Part shown: piece by piece, positions 18,377 through 28,680 of the stretch
Layout of the letters: the number at the start of each line of letters is the position of its first letter
Position numbering within the stretch: the stretch's first letter is position 1
Source: Chlamydiota bacterium
Lineage (GTDB): Bacteria > Chlamydiota > Chlamydiia > Chlamydiales > Parachlamydiaceae
Length of the DNA stretch: 64,000 nt
Direction: 5' to 3'
Assembly (NCBI GenBank): GCA_041691035.1
Contig: JBEPVL010000004.1
Span: 10,186-74,185 of the forward strand
The notes under the pieces: generated by a model
What the model was told of the DNA's origin: nothing
Seen by the model: only the letters and a program-made list of their open reading frames with translations
Database searches by the model: none
Position numbers and translations under genes: made by a program

Positions 18377-19073
18377 TGACAATAGTCTCCATGATAGGTT
18401 TTAGGGTTCGTTCAACACGAAAAAGCTTGGCATATTCAAATAACTTATCAATATTTGTCCCTCTTCGCTGCCAGTACATTTTCAGGGCTTCTAAAACCAC
18501 ATCCATGCCGATCTTATTTCGAAATTTAACACAGTCGACGAGAGTCTTTTCAATGTCAAATATCTTAATGAGACATCCATCCATTGAGTGTTCTTCAATA
18601 CCCGTTTTAAGCAATGTTTCTGTGTACCAAAAATATCGCATAGGCGGATATGAAATCGCTGGCTTATGCGCATCGTTAGGCAGTGCGACGTAAACGAAAT
18701 GAGGGATCTGTGTTGTAATCTCATGAAATGCTAAAGCGGAAATTAAGCAAATAACGCCTTGAGGGATTTTTTTGGCTACAGGTATGAAGTCGGGCAATGA
18801 CGGTTCAGGCATTTCGACTAGTCGATACAATCCTCGGCTTAGGACTTCTAACTGGCCAGAATCACGCAAGAAATAAAGCTGACGGCGATGAATGCCTAGG
18901 CGCAAAACTTCCGACATCGTAAGAATGCCGCCGACTTTGCGGAATGCCTCTATAGCCTGCTTTATCTTTATGTTGTCCGACATGGACCAAAACCTCTGAC
19001 TTATTCTGATATATCCATAATATTGTACCAAATCAATAGAATTGTCAATCCACTTTTTATCTTTAACTCTCAT
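18369..19073 (-). CDS. AbiEi-family antitoxin-like protein (orphan; partner decayed)
   Basis: 234 aa. Same architecture as the 7360-7956 product (LSRGLYR and ISALAFHEIT motifs). Confidence 0.65.
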   Translation of the reverse strand: MRVKDKKWIDNSIDLVQYYGYIRISQRFWSMSDNIKIKQAIEAFRKVGGILTMSEVLRLGIHRRQLYFLRDSGQLEVLSRGLYRLVEMPEPSLPDFIPVAKKIPQGVICLISALAFHEITTQIPHFVYVALPNDAHKPAISYPPMRYFWYTETLLKTGIEEHSMDGCLIKIFDIEKTLVDCVKFRNKIGMDVVLEALKMYWQRRGTNIDKLFEYAKLFRVERTLKPIMETIVSG

Positions 19074-19291
19074 TTATTTGTGAGAAGAAATTATCTTCCA
19101 ATCAGGAAAACAGATGGGTGCTAGTCCAAGGCTATTTCAGGAAAAAATTTTCTTTAACATTAAAATTATTCTTGATACAACAGAATTATAGACTGAAATT
19201 ATTCAGCCTGGTACCTGGCTGGTGCCAGGAAATATCTACAAATAACCGAGTTATTTAAAAGATAATCCTCGGAAATAAGTGACGTAAAATA

Positions 19292-20614
19292 ATGACCACC
19301 AGTACTTTAAAGATGAAATCTGATAAGATTTCAGTAGACATGCGTCATGTCACGACAATTATTCTTGCAGGGGGAAATGGTACACGGCTCGATCCGCTTA
19401 CAAATACCCGTTGTAAGCCTGCTGTTTGTTTTGGTGGCAAATACCGTTTGATTGACATTCCTATCTCTAATGCCATACATTCTGGCTGCTCTAAAATTTT
19501 CATTATTTCACAATATCTTTCTTCTTCTCTTAACCAGCACATTTTTAACACTTTTCATCCAGGTTCATTCCCTTCAACCGCTATTGAACTTATATCAGCA
19601 GAACAAAAACATGGAGAGAAATCATGGTTCCAAGGCACGGCATGCGCTGTTAGACAAAATATAAATTATTTCATGGAACTCCCATCGGAATATTTTCTTA
19701 TTCTGTCTGGCGATCAAATATATAACATTAATTTCCAGCACATGATTCACTTTGCGAAGGAAACTAATGCAGACCTCGTCGTTGCAGCATTGCCAGTGAA
19801 TGAGGCCGATGCTAAGCGTATGGGAATCATGAAAATAGATGAAAATTCATTCATTAATGAGTTTTATGAGAAACCTCAAGAACAGGAACATTTAGATCGT
19901 TTGCGTGTTCCAATATCAACTCTTGAGCAAATAGTAGGAAAAGCTCTCGACGACAAACGACAATTTTTGGGTTCAATGGGAATCTATATATTCAAACGAC
20001 AAGCATTAATAGATTTATTGAAGAGAGATTCTCGAGAAGATTTCGGCAAACATCTTATTCCAACTAAAGTAAGTCAAGGAAATGTCGCTGCATATATCCA
20101 TGATGGTTATTGGGAAGATATTGGAACGATCGAATCGTTTTTTAAAGCCAATATTGCATTAACCGCATTGAATCCCGAATTCAATTGTCATGAAGAAAAC
20201 AAACATATTTTTTTCAGACAACATTATTTAACAGCTCCGAAAATCATTAATTCTGCCGTCATGAATTCTATTATCTGTGATGGGTCTATTGTGGAAGCCG
20301 CTGAAGTCACAAAAAGTATCATTGGATTACGGTCGATCATTAAGCAAGGCTCTATCATTAGGAATAGCTATATTATAGGCAATGAGTTCCATGTTTCTCC
20401 TACTCACTCAGAAAGTATTTCGAATTCTCCTATAATCGGAGAAAACTGCGTCATCGATCATGCTATCATTGATAAAAACGTGCGCATAGGAAAAAACGTG
20501 CATTTGGTAAACAAAGAGAAATTGATGAATTACACTAGCGACAAAGTATGTATTCGAGATGGGATCATCATTGTTCCTCGAGGTACTCATATACCAGATG
20601 GATTCATCTTATAA
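19292..20614 (+). CDS. glgC: glucose-1-phosphate adenylyltransferase
   Basis: 440 aa. ILAGGNGTRL..T..KPAV.FGG.YRLID and a C-terminal left-handed beta-helix region. Confidence 0.9.
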   Translation: MTTSTLKMKSDKISVDMRHVTTIILAGGNGTRLDPLTNTRCKPAVCFGGKYRLIDIPISNAIHSGCSKIFIISQYLSSSLNQHIFNTFHPGSFPSTAIELISAEQKHGEKSWFQGTACAVRQNINYFMELPSEYFLILSGDQIYNINFQHMIHFAKETNADLVVAALPVNEADAKRMGIMKIDENSFINEFYEKPQEQEHLDRLRVPISTLEQIVGKALDDKRQFLGSMGIYIFKRQALIDLLKRDSREDFGKHLIPTKVSQGNVAAYIHDGYWEDIGTIESFFKANIALTALNPEFNCHEENKHIFFRQHYLTAPKIINSAVMNSIICDGSIVEAAEVTKSIIGLRSIIKQGSIIRNSYIIGNEFHVSPTHSESISNSPIIGENCVIDHAIIDKNVRIGKNVHLVNKEKLMNYTSDKVCIRDGIIIVPRGTHIPDGFIL

Positions 20615-20641
20615 TTAAAAAACTAAAAAAAGGAGAGTGAT

Positions 20642-20953
20642 ATGGCAGCTACAAAAAATGCATCTATTTTACTTGATGACAACAAGAAAACAAAATCCAA
20701 GCTTTCACGCGTCGTGATTCATTGTGATGTTGGATTCAATAATAACCTTTTCATTCGAGGAAAGGGTGCTAACCTTAGTTGGGATAAGGGGATAATGATG
20801 CATAACACAAATTCTGATGAATGGGTGTGGGAAACCGAACAACCATTTGATTCATGTGAATTCAAGGTATTGATCAATGATTCTCATTATGAGCAAGGCG
20901 ATAATCGCAAACTAACCTGCGAAAATTGTGTTAAGTATACTCCTACTTTTTAG
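20642..20953 (+). CDS. stand-alone starch-binding domain (CBM20-like) protein
   Basis: 103 aa. The pattern W..G..M......W.W..E.....EFKVLIND..YEQGDNR matches the CBM20 family. GGAG RBS. Confidence 0.55.
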   Translation: MAATKNASILLDDNKKTKSKLSRVVIHCDVGFNNNLFIRGKGANLSWDKGIMMHNTNSDEWVWETEQPFDSCEFKVLINDSHYEQGDNRKLTCENCVKYTPTF

Positions 20954-21007
20954 ATGATTGAATTTCAGATTTTTTATTACTAGTAGGAAATTTTGATTAT
21001 GTATGAC

Positions 21008-21853
21008 TTAAGCAATGTCTAAAGGGATTATAAAACAGATAGCGATGATGACCAAAAGTGACATGTGAAACATGTTACGTCCCCAAAGTTGGTCATTATC
21101 GCTTTTAAATCCTTTCATGCACAATCCTAGCCATGCCACACCAATACTCATTGTTACGATTAGATAGACATATCCTGTGTAATCAAAGATAGTTAACATC
21201 AGTGATGCTAATATAAAGCCAATGATGTAAAACAGCATATGGATTTTTGTTCTCAACATTCCTTTTTGAACAGGTAATACTGGCATTTTTGCCGCCACAT
21301 AATCATCAAAGTGATACATAGCAATTGAAAAAAAATGGGGCATTTGCCAAAACACCATTATTAAAAAAAGAATAAAGGCGCCCAAATCAAATTGGTTGCT
21401 CACAGCACAATATCCGATAACTGGTGGGACAGCTCCAGAAATACTTCCTATTGCTGTTCCATAAATTGTACGGCATTTCCAGAAGCTGTACAGGACGACA
21501 TAAACAAAGAAACCAACAAAAGCAATTATTACTGTCAAAAGATTAGTATATAAAAGTAAAATTAAGCTGCCAATGATGCCGAGAAAAGTGGCAAAAACAA
21601 TTGCATTACGTCCTGAGATTAATCCAACGACAAGTGCGCGATTTTTGGTGCGTTCCATTTTTTTATCAATTTGACGATTGATATAATTATTAAAAACGCA
21701 GGAAGAGGCTATGATAAATGCGAGACCTATTATGGTCATAAAAAATAACCAGAAATCTACCTGACCTTTTGAAGCCAGCAAAAATCCTGCAGCAACTGTG
21801 ATGAGATTCCCTAGAATAATTTTCGGTTTCATCAATAGATAGTAATTAATCAC
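21008..21853 (-). CDS. cyoE: protoheme IX farnesyltransferase (heme O synthase)
   Basis: 281 aa polytopic membrane protein. Last gene of the cyo operon. Confidence 0.8.
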   Translation of the reverse strand: MINYYLLMKPKIILGNLITVAAGFLLASKGQVDFWLFFMTIIGLAFIIASSCVFNNYINRQIDKKMERTKNRALVVGLISGRNAIVFATFLGIIGSLILLLYTNLLTVIIAFVGFFVYVVLYSFWKCRTIYGTAIGSISGAVPPVIGYCAVSNQFDLGAFILFLIMVFWQMPHFFSIAMYHFDDYVAAKMPVLPVQKGMLRTKIHMLFYIIGFILASLMLTIFDYTGYVYLIVTMSIGVAWLGLCMKGFKSDNDQLWGRNMFHMSLLVIIAICFIIPLDIA

Positions 21854-22208
21854 GAGACATTTCTTTGTTCATGTCTGGCATCATGCGTTCATTCAAGTCA
21901 TTCATAATCCATAGAGATCCAATAGCAATGATGAGCAGAACTACGACCATGAAACAAAATACAAGCGTTTCCCAGCGTGGTTTAGCTTCTTGTCCCATGT
22001 GCAAGAAAAATATTAATTGACCTATCCCTTGTATAAGTGCGAGGGCTACAACGGCGTAAATTAAGTTTTGATCAGAAAAAAGTCTTGTAAGGACTAGAAA
22101 AAAGGAAATACCTGTCAATAAGATGGATCCTAGAAACCCAATCATGTAAGACTTCAAAGTTCCATGCCATTCTTTTTGGATTTCTTTCAAAGTAAGATCT
22201 TGATTCAT
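21846..22208 (-). CDS. cyoD: cytochrome o ubiquinol oxidase subunit IV
   Basis: 120 aa with 3 TM segments. Sits between cyoC and cyoE. Confidence 0.75.
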   Translation of the reverse strand: MNQDLTLKEIQKEWHGTLKSYMIGFLGSILLTGISFFLVLTRLFSDQNLIYAVVALALIQGIGQLIFFLHMGQEAKPRWETLVFCFMVVVLLIIAIGSLWIMNDLNERMMPDMNKEMSRD

Positions 22209-22844
22209 TTAAATTACTCCCAATAGGTAGACGAATGTAAAGATGAAAATCCATACCAAATCTAAGAAATGCCAAAATAAACTAAAAGCGACGAGCCTGC
22301 GAAAGGTAAGAGCAGTTACTCCAAGCCAAAAAACTTGTGCCATTATCACAATCATCCATACCAATCCGACAGAAACGTGAAGTCCATGCATACCAACGAG
22401 AGTAAAAAAAGAAGATAAGAAAGCGCTTCTTTTCCAACTGTTTCCTTCTTGAACCAGATGCGTAAATTCAGACAGCTCTATAGCTATAAAGGAAGCTCCC
22501 AATAAAAATGCGACAGCTAACCAAGCGATGACTTTATTTTTCTCATTGCGTAGAGAAGACAAAAGGCCAAAGCCGCAAGCTACGCTACTGAATAATAAAA
22601 TCATTGTTTCGGCAAAAGATGTTGAGAGGCTAAAGAGTTCGCGTGACGAGGGACCACTAAAGGTTTGACTACGAAGAACTGCATAGGTAATAAAGAGAGT
22701 GGCAAACAAAAGACAGTCGGTCATCAGATAGATCCAAAAACCTAAAGTGGTTTTAGAAAATGTATCTTGGTGCGGATCTGGAGCGCAAGTATCCGGATTA
22801 TGCTCGAGAGTGTCTTGATGGTGAATCGTTAAAGATTTATTCAT
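22209..22844 (-). CDS. cyoC: cytochrome o ubiquinol oxidase subunit III
   Basis: 211 aa. Heme-copper oxidase subunit III pattern. Confidence 0.8.
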   Translation of the reverse strand: MNKSLTIHHQDTLEHNPDTCAPDPHQDTFSKTTLGFWIYLMTDCLLFATLFITYAVLRSQTFSGPSSRELFSLSTSFAETMILLFSSVACGFGLLSSLRNEKNKVIAWLAVAFLLGASFIAIELSEFTHLVQEGNSWKRSAFLSSFFTLVGMHGLHVSVGLVWMIVIMAQVFWLGVTALTFRRLVAFSLFWHFLDLVWIFIFTFVYLLGVI

Positions 22845-24819
22845 GCAGTTTCACACTCCTTAGGTGAGCAGCTTCCATTTCCTTCACTTGAGCTGCAGTA
22901 ATGATTTCATATTCATCCTTCCCAGAAAGTCGAATGATCAAGCATGCACTGATGGCAACAAAACTCACTATAGCCAGCCAAAAAATATGCCAGGTCATTG
23001 CAAAGCCGAAGATCACGCTGAAGATCCCAATATAAAGTCCTATTGGAGTGTTTATAGGCAAATGAATGTCTTCGTAACTTTTTTCGGGTTGAGGAGCTTG
23101 GCCTCGTTTGATAGCCCATAAGGGATCGATTTGATTAACCGTGGGTATAATTGCAAAATTATAGATGGGAGGAGGAGACGGAATGGACCATTCCAGCGTT
23201 CTAGCATTCCAGGGATCTCCACCGGTGTGGTCCCAATTCTTCTTGCGAACTTTAATGCTCCAAAATAAACCAAAAAACTGAATAAGTGCACCGCATAGTA
23301 TGATGAAAGCGCCTATTCCTGCTATTACGAATAAGGGATGCCATCCGGTAGATGCTTCATAATGGTCTAATCGTCTTGTGGCTCCCATAAAGCCGAGCAT
23401 GTAGAGTGGCATGAACGCGAGCAAAAATCCGAGAAACCAACACCAAAAAGCATATTTATTCAGCCGTTCATCCAATACAAATCCTGTGAATTTAGGAAAC
23501 CAGTACGTAAATCCGGCAAAAAATCCGAAAAGCACACCTCCAATCGCCATACCATGGAAGTGGGCGATCAAAAATAAACTGTTATGTACTTGGTAGTCGA
23601 CAGGTGGCGCGGAAAGCAAGACTCCCGTCATTCCTGCAACAGTAAAATTGAGTACAAAAGCAAAAAACCACAACATAGGTGAGGAAAAGTGAACGCGTCC
23701 TCGAAACTTCGTAAACAACCAGTTAAATATTTTGACACCTGTGGGAATCGCAATTAACATTGTCATGATCCCGAAAAAAATGTTTACTTTAGGACTTGCA
23801 CCCATCGTAAAGAAGTGATGCAACCAAACAAGGTAGGAGAGGACTGTAATCATGATAAGAGCCCAGACCATGGAAGCATAGCCGAACAAACGCTTTTCCG
23901 AGAAGGTTGGCACTACTTCAGAAAAGACACCAAAGGCTGGCAGCATAATAATGTAGACCTCAGGATGTCCCCATGCCCAGATGAGATTGACGTACATCAT
24001 AGGGTTCCCCCCACCATCAGCGGTGAAAAAATGCATGTCGAGGTAACGATCTAAAGTAAGCATCACAAGCGTTGCCGTCAGAACCGGAAAAGCCAAAACA
24101 ACGAGAGCCATTGTGCAGAAGGCGCTCCAAACAAAAATAGGCATTTTCATGAGAGTCATACCCGGACAACGCATTTTCATAATGGTAACCAGGAAGTTAA
24201 TGCCACCTAAAGTACTTCCTATTCCTGCAATCTGCACCGCCCATATCCAATAATCGACTCCCTCATCAGGGCTATACTCTATGCCGGAAAGAGGGGGGTA
24301 CGCAAGCCATCCTGCTGCACTAAATTTGCCCATGACGAGTGACAGAAGTGTTAATGTGGCGCCAGCGGCAAAAAGCCAGAAACTGAGAGCGTTTAAAAAT
24401 GGAAAGGCAACATCTCTTGCACCAATTTGTAAGGGAACAATAAGATTTATAAGGCCAAAGACAGCGCCCATGGCGACAAAGAAAATCATTGTTGTACCAT
24501 GGGAAGAAAAGATTTCTTGAAAGTGGCTGGAAGAAATGAATCCCTGAGCATCACCTACTGAGAGAACTTGTTGGAGGCGCATCATGACAGCATCTGCAAA
24601 ACCTTTTCCAAACATAATGAGAACGACAATAATATACATGATGCCAATTCTTTTCGGGTCAACAGTGGTAAACCACTCATTCCAAAGATATTTCCAACGT
24701 TTAAGATAGGTAATGAGAATAATAAGTGAGATACCGATTATTAACATTCCGAATACAGCACCATTTTGACTGGATTCGTGTTTAAAAGCATCTAAGGTTA
24801 ATCTACCAAACATGGGCAA
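22837..24819 (-). CDS. cyoB: cytochrome o ubiquinol oxidase subunit I
   Basis: 660 aa. Heme-copper oxidase subunit I signature (WAHH, HH..MG histidine ligands). Confidence 0.9.
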   Translation of the reverse strand: MPMFGRLTLDAFKHESSQNGAVFGMLIIGISLIILITYLKRWKYLWNEWFTTVDPKRIGIMYIIVVLIMFGKGFADAVMMRLQQVLSVGDAQGFISSSHFQEIFSSHGTTMIFFVAMGAVFGLINLIVPLQIGARDVAFPFLNALSFWLFAAGATLTLLSLVMGKFSAAGWLAYPPLSGIEYSPDEGVDYWIWAVQIAGIGSTLGGINFLVTIMKMRCPGMTLMKMPIFVWSAFCTMALVVLAFPVLTATLVMLTLDRYLDMHFFTADGGGNPMMYVNLIWAWGHPEVYIIMLPAFGVFSEVVPTFSEKRLFGYASMVWALIMITVLSYLVWLHHFFTMGASPKVNIFFGIMTMLIAIPTGVKIFNWLFTKFRGRVHFSSPMLWFFAFVLNFTVAGMTGVLLSAPPVDYQVHNSLFLIAHFHGMAIGGVLFGFFAGFTYWFPKFTGFVLDERLNKYAFWCWFLGFLLAFMPLYMLGFMGATRRLDHYEASTGWHPLFVIAGIGAFIILCGALIQFFGLFWSIKVRKKNWDHTGGDPWNARTLEWSIPSPPPIYNFAIIPTVNQIDPLWAIKRGQAPQPEKSYEDIHLPINTPIGLYIGIFSVIFGFAMTWHIFWLAIVSFVAISACLIIRLSGKDEYEIITAAQVKEMEAAHLRSVKLHE

Positions 24820-24820
24820 C

Positions 24821-25708
24821 TCATTTTGATTTTGGATACATATATTTCATAATGATCTGATTAAATAAAGTTTCATCTTTTAGCTGATAGATTTCTTCAG
24901 GATTATTTTTACTTGGAGCGGCTAACTTATTATATTCTTCTAGGTTGAGAGCTTTTGATGATTGTTTTGCAGATTGCACCCATTGATGATAATCTTCTTC
25001 TGACGAGGCCCTAGTGATAAAATGCATACCTGCAAAGCCCTCTCCGCTTATATTAGCCGAAGAGCCTCTAAAGTCGCCGGATTCATCTGCGATTAAATGT
25101 AATTCTGTTTTCATTTTAGGCATGGCATAAATTTGTCCGCCTAAGCTTGGAATCCAAAATGAATTCATGGGGGCATCAGCAGTAATTTCAAAGTGGATGG
25201 GAGTTTGTTTAGGAAACTGTACAAAATTCACGCTGGCAATCTTTTCTTCTGGATAAATAAATAGCCATTTCCACTGTAGAGCTACAACTTGAATCGTCAT
25301 AGGCTTATTGTTAGATTCAATGGGTTTGTAAGGATCCAATTCATAAGTTTTGATGTATGATAATATGGCAACAATCAGGACCATAATGCAAGGAAGTCCC
25401 CACCAGATGTATTCAGCAACCACATTGTCAACCAAATCGGGATCATACTTTCCTTTGGGGTTCGTCGCACTATATTTCCAGGAGAAAATAAACGTAAGAA
25501 TGTACACGGGGATAATTACAAGCAACATGAGGGCTTGGATGATGAAAAGAAGATTTCGCTGTTCGATGGCGATATTTCCTTTCGGAAACAACATCACAAT
25601 ATTGCTGCCGAAGTGCAGAATCGATAATGGCTGCATAGCCAAGATGAGGAGAATTATTAAGCCTGCAAAGAATAGCATGCAAAGTACAGGATTTTTCAGT
25701 AGCCTCAT
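24821..25708 (-). CDS. cyoA: cytochrome o ubiquinol oxidase subunit II
   Basis: 295 aa. Two N-terminal TM segments and a cupredoxin-like domain. First gene of the operon. Confidence 0.8.
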   Translation of the reverse strand: MRLLKNPVLCMLFFAGLIILLILAMQPLSILHFGSNIVMLFPKGNIAIEQRNLLFIIQALMLLVIIPVYILTFIFSWKYSATNPKGKYDPDLVDNVVAEYIWWGLPCIMVLIVAILSYIKTYELDPYKPIESNNKPMTIQVVALQWKWLFIYPEEKIASVNFVQFPKQTPIHFEITADAPMNSFWIPSLGGQIYAMPKMKTELHLIADESGDFRGSSANISGEGFAGMHFITRASSEEDYHQWVQSAKQSSKALNLEEYNKLAAPSKNNPEEIYQLKDETLFNQIIMKYMYPKSK

Positions 25709-25810
25709 CGTTTCAAAAATCCTCTAAATTTCTTTGTCTTTGGGTTTTAAAATACACGCCCTCACCATAAAGAACATTTGACAGAAGTCAAGTTGCATTT
25801 TCTGGAATTC

Positions 25811-28117
25811 CTAATCATAAATTGGTTTCTCAACTAATGTATTTGATGAAAAACCCCGTGAAAAAAATGTGATCAAAATCGCGGTTACAATAGGAATTAC
25901 TCCAACTACAATAAATATTGTATCCCCAATAATGCGAAGCTGCTCCAGCAAATGAAAGGTACCGGACATTAAGTATTCTAGCTCTCTTGCATGCCAGTAC
26001 CCATTCTCCATCGCATCCCACAGTTGGAGGACTCCAGCTGGGAAGAGATCGACAATTACCATGAGACTCATTCCAATGTTTAGTCCAAAGAAACTGACTT
26101 TGATAAGAGTTTTGGTACGATTCCATAAAGCTTCATTTTGCATAGCACGCATACAAAACATCACAGTCCCTAGAGCGAGCATGCCAAATACGCCGAACAT
26201 GGCAGCATGCGCATGATTAGCTGTGAGATTCGTTCCAACTTCAAAGTAGGATATAATGGGCAAATTAATCAGAAATCCAAATATCCCCGCTCCAACAAAA
26301 TTCCATATGCCGACAGCTATAAAAAAATAAATTGTCCATTGCTGTTTTTCTGCCAGGTAATGCCTGCATTTGGCACATTTTGTTTGTGAGATTCGGATAA
26401 AATCTCGCGCTTCCATTGTTAAAAGAGTCAATGGAACAACTTCCATGGCGGAAAAACAAGCTGCCAAAGCCATGTTAACGTTGGTTTGCCCTGTAAAATA
26501 CCAATGATGTCCTGTGCCTACGACTCCTCCTAATAAGTAGAGGATGGCATTCAAATAAATCACACGCAGTGCTGTAATTGTTCTAATAATTCCCATTTGT
26601 ACAGCAAAAATGGCCACAAGAACTGTAGAGAAGACTTCAAAGAACCCCTCTACCCAAAGATGGATAATCCAAAAGCGCCAATTTTCAATCAGAGTAAAAT
26701 GAGTGTCATGGTGATAGAAAACAGCTGGAATATAGAAGATAGGAATAGTAGAAGCTGTCAAAAAAAATAGAATGCAAAGTTCTCTTCTACCAGGCATTTG
26801 AAAAGCAGGTTTTAGCGCTCGATAAAGAAGAAAAAGCCAGAAGATGAATCCTGCAATGAGTAAGTATTGCCAAAAACGTCCTAAATCTAAATATTCGGAT
26901 CCTTGGTTGCCGATCCAAAACCACCATTCACCTTGAAAAAAGTTTCTACTGCTCAAATATTCTCCGGTCATACTTCCAAGCATCACAAACAAGAGCGCTC
27001 CAAAAAGAAGATTAACCCCTAGCTTCTGATAGCGTGGCTCACTTTCACTCATCAAAGGAGCGATAAATAGCCCACCTGCAATCCAGGCTGTAGCAATCCA
27101 AAAGATGGACAATTGAAGATGCCATGTTCGAAGAAGATTATAAGGTAAATAGTCAAGGATAGGCAGACCATAAAAAGTTGATTCGACGCGATAATGGGCT
27201 AAAGCTCCACCTGCTAAGCTTTGAAAAAGAAACAAAAGCGCGACGATGACAAAATACTTCCCCATAGCCTTTTGGCTTGATGTAAGAGGCGGTAAGATCA
27301 AACGGGTTTCACAGATATGTCTATTTTTTACACTTTCACCCCAACCTAAACCAAATTTACTGACAATAAAAAGGACAAGGCCTGTTATCCCTATGATAAA
27401 AATCAAGCTCATAGCACTCCATAAATAGGCATCAGCGCTTGGATAATTGCCAGCTAGAGGATCGTAGGGAAAGTTGTTGGTGTAGGTAAATTCTTCTCCG
27501 GGACGGTTAGTCACAGCAGCCCAAGCTGCCCATGCGAAGAAAGAGGTTAATGCATTTTGGTCCTCAGCATTCGAGATATAATTTTTAGGCAATCCAGGTG
27601 CCTGACCTAATGTAAAATAATCTCTCCAGACTTCAAGACTATGCTCATAAGCCTTGACTTCTTCTTCCGTAAAAGTCAAAGTGCCCGTACTAGAATCATA
27701 CCTATTTTGTTTTAGAATTTGAGGAACTTCGTGCAAAATGGATCCCTGTTCGAATTCGGTTAGCTGTTCAAATGGTTTTCCATAAATTTTATGAGCCAGA
27801 AGTTTTTGCATGGTCAATGCCTGCTCATGAAGATGAGAGGCGCTATAATCTGGACCAAGATAGGCTCCATGTCCCCAAAGAGTTCCATGTTCCATTAAGT
27901 TATTTTTCAAAAAAACGCCCTGTCCACGAGTAATTTGTTCTCCCGTGAAGAGCACTTGTCCCGTAGAACCGATCACTTGTTTGGGAATAGGAGGAGTATT
28001 ATCATAAGCAATGCGAGTGACTAATCCTAAAATACTAAAGCCCACAATCATGACGACAACCGTAATGATTCGCCATAAAGGCGAAAGCTTCTCATTTTTC
28101 TCGAGATCGAAAGACAT
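25811..28117 (-). CDS. norB: quinol-dependent nitric oxide reductase (qNOR, single-subunit NorB/NorZ type)
   Basis: 768 aa. N-terminal periplasmic extension plus a heme-copper oxidase-like core with conserved His clusters (HHWYF, HAHAAMFG). Confidence 0.75.
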   Translation of the reverse strand: MSFDLEKNEKLSPLWRIITVVVMIVGFSILGLVTRIAYDNTPPIPKQVIGSTGQVLFTGEQITRGQGVFLKNNLMEHGTLWGHGAYLGPDYSASHLHEQALTMQKLLAHKIYGKPFEQLTEFEQGSILHEVPQILKQNRYDSSTGTLTFTEEEVKAYEHSLEVWRDYFTLGQAPGLPKNYISNAEDQNALTSFFAWAAWAAVTNRPGEEFTYTNNFPYDPLAGNYPSADAYLWSAMSLIFIIGITGLVLFIVSKFGLGWGESVKNRHICETRLILPPLTSSQKAMGKYFVIVALLFLFQSLAGGALAHYRVESTFYGLPILDYLPYNLLRTWHLQLSIFWIATAWIAGGLFIAPLMSESEPRYQKLGVNLLFGALLFVMLGSMTGEYLSSRNFFQGEWWFWIGNQGSEYLDLGRFWQYLLIAGFIFWLFLLYRALKPAFQMPGRRELCILFFLTASTIPIFYIPAVFYHHDTHFTLIENWRFWIIHLWVEGFFEVFSTVLVAIFAVQMGIIRTITALRVIYLNAILYLLGGVVGTGHHWYFTGQTNVNMALAACFSAMEVVPLTLLTMEARDFIRISQTKCAKCRHYLAEKQQWTIYFFIAVGIWNFVGAGIFGFLINLPIISYFEVGTNLTANHAHAAMFGVFGMLALGTVMFCMRAMQNEALWNRTKTLIKVSFFGLNIGMSLMVIVDLFPAGVLQLWDAMENGYWHARELEYLMSGTFHLLEQLRIIGDTIFIVVGVIPIVTAILITFFSRGFSSNTLVEKPIYD

Positions 28118-28272
28118 GGGCTCTATTCCTTTTTAAGATAAGAATGCTTGTATCATTTTTTTGATTTTCGTTTCAGTGTTATTCCTGAATTTTTCAATTT
28201 TTCAAGAAGTTTACAAAAAAAATATTGACACTAATCAGATACGCGTATCAGATGAAATCATGACGAAAAAAG

Positions 28273-28572
28273 TTGCGGAATATCACACCTCACGATAACC
28301 AAGAGAATGAGAAGTTTATGTCAAAATCAATTGTCATAGGTGGATGTGTTAAAATTCCTGATGGACGTGTAGGCCGTGTAAGAGAAAAAGTAAGAAACCA
28401 GTATAAGGTACGAGTTCGACGCAAAACAAGTGTCTCTCATCAATTTTTGCTTTTTGATGGCCATGAATTAAAGCCTGTTGATTGTCCAAAAGGCTGGATG
28501 AGTATAGAAGGATATAATCGCTATCTTAAAAAGACGCTAGCAAAAATGAAAGAACGTGAATCAAAAAGCTAA
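28273..28572 (+). CDS. hypothetical basic small protein (likely starts at Met17, about 28321)
   Basis: ORF with GAGAATGAGAAG before the internal ATG. KVRVRRK basic patch. Confidence 0.35.
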   Translation: MRNITPHDNQENEKFMSKSIVIGGCVKIPDGRVGRVREKVRNQYKVRVRRKTSVSHQFLLFDGHELKPVDCPKGWMSIEGYNRYLKKTLAKMKERESKS

Positions 28573-28680
28573 CGAGTCTGTGATTAATCAAATTCATTGA
28601 GTCTTTTTCCTCTTCACCAATCGTAAAAGAGTAGCAATTCATGTTTAACAGATAGCATAAAATAGTCGAGAGGAGAATCA

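Larger units (their letters stand above)
9979..19100 (+). mobile_element. satellite/PICI- or CP4-57-like integrative element core (int, AlpA, DUF927 helicase, iterons, primase)
   Basis: Gene order and content. Bounded on the left by att copy 1. The clearly mobile part ends at the decayed AbiE pair. The element may extend to 57333 (see findings). Confidence 0.6.

Noticed and set aside
22864-24520. Multiple short ORFs on both strands inside cyoB
   Set aside because: These are shadow ORFs of a conserved heme-copper oxidase subunit I gene.
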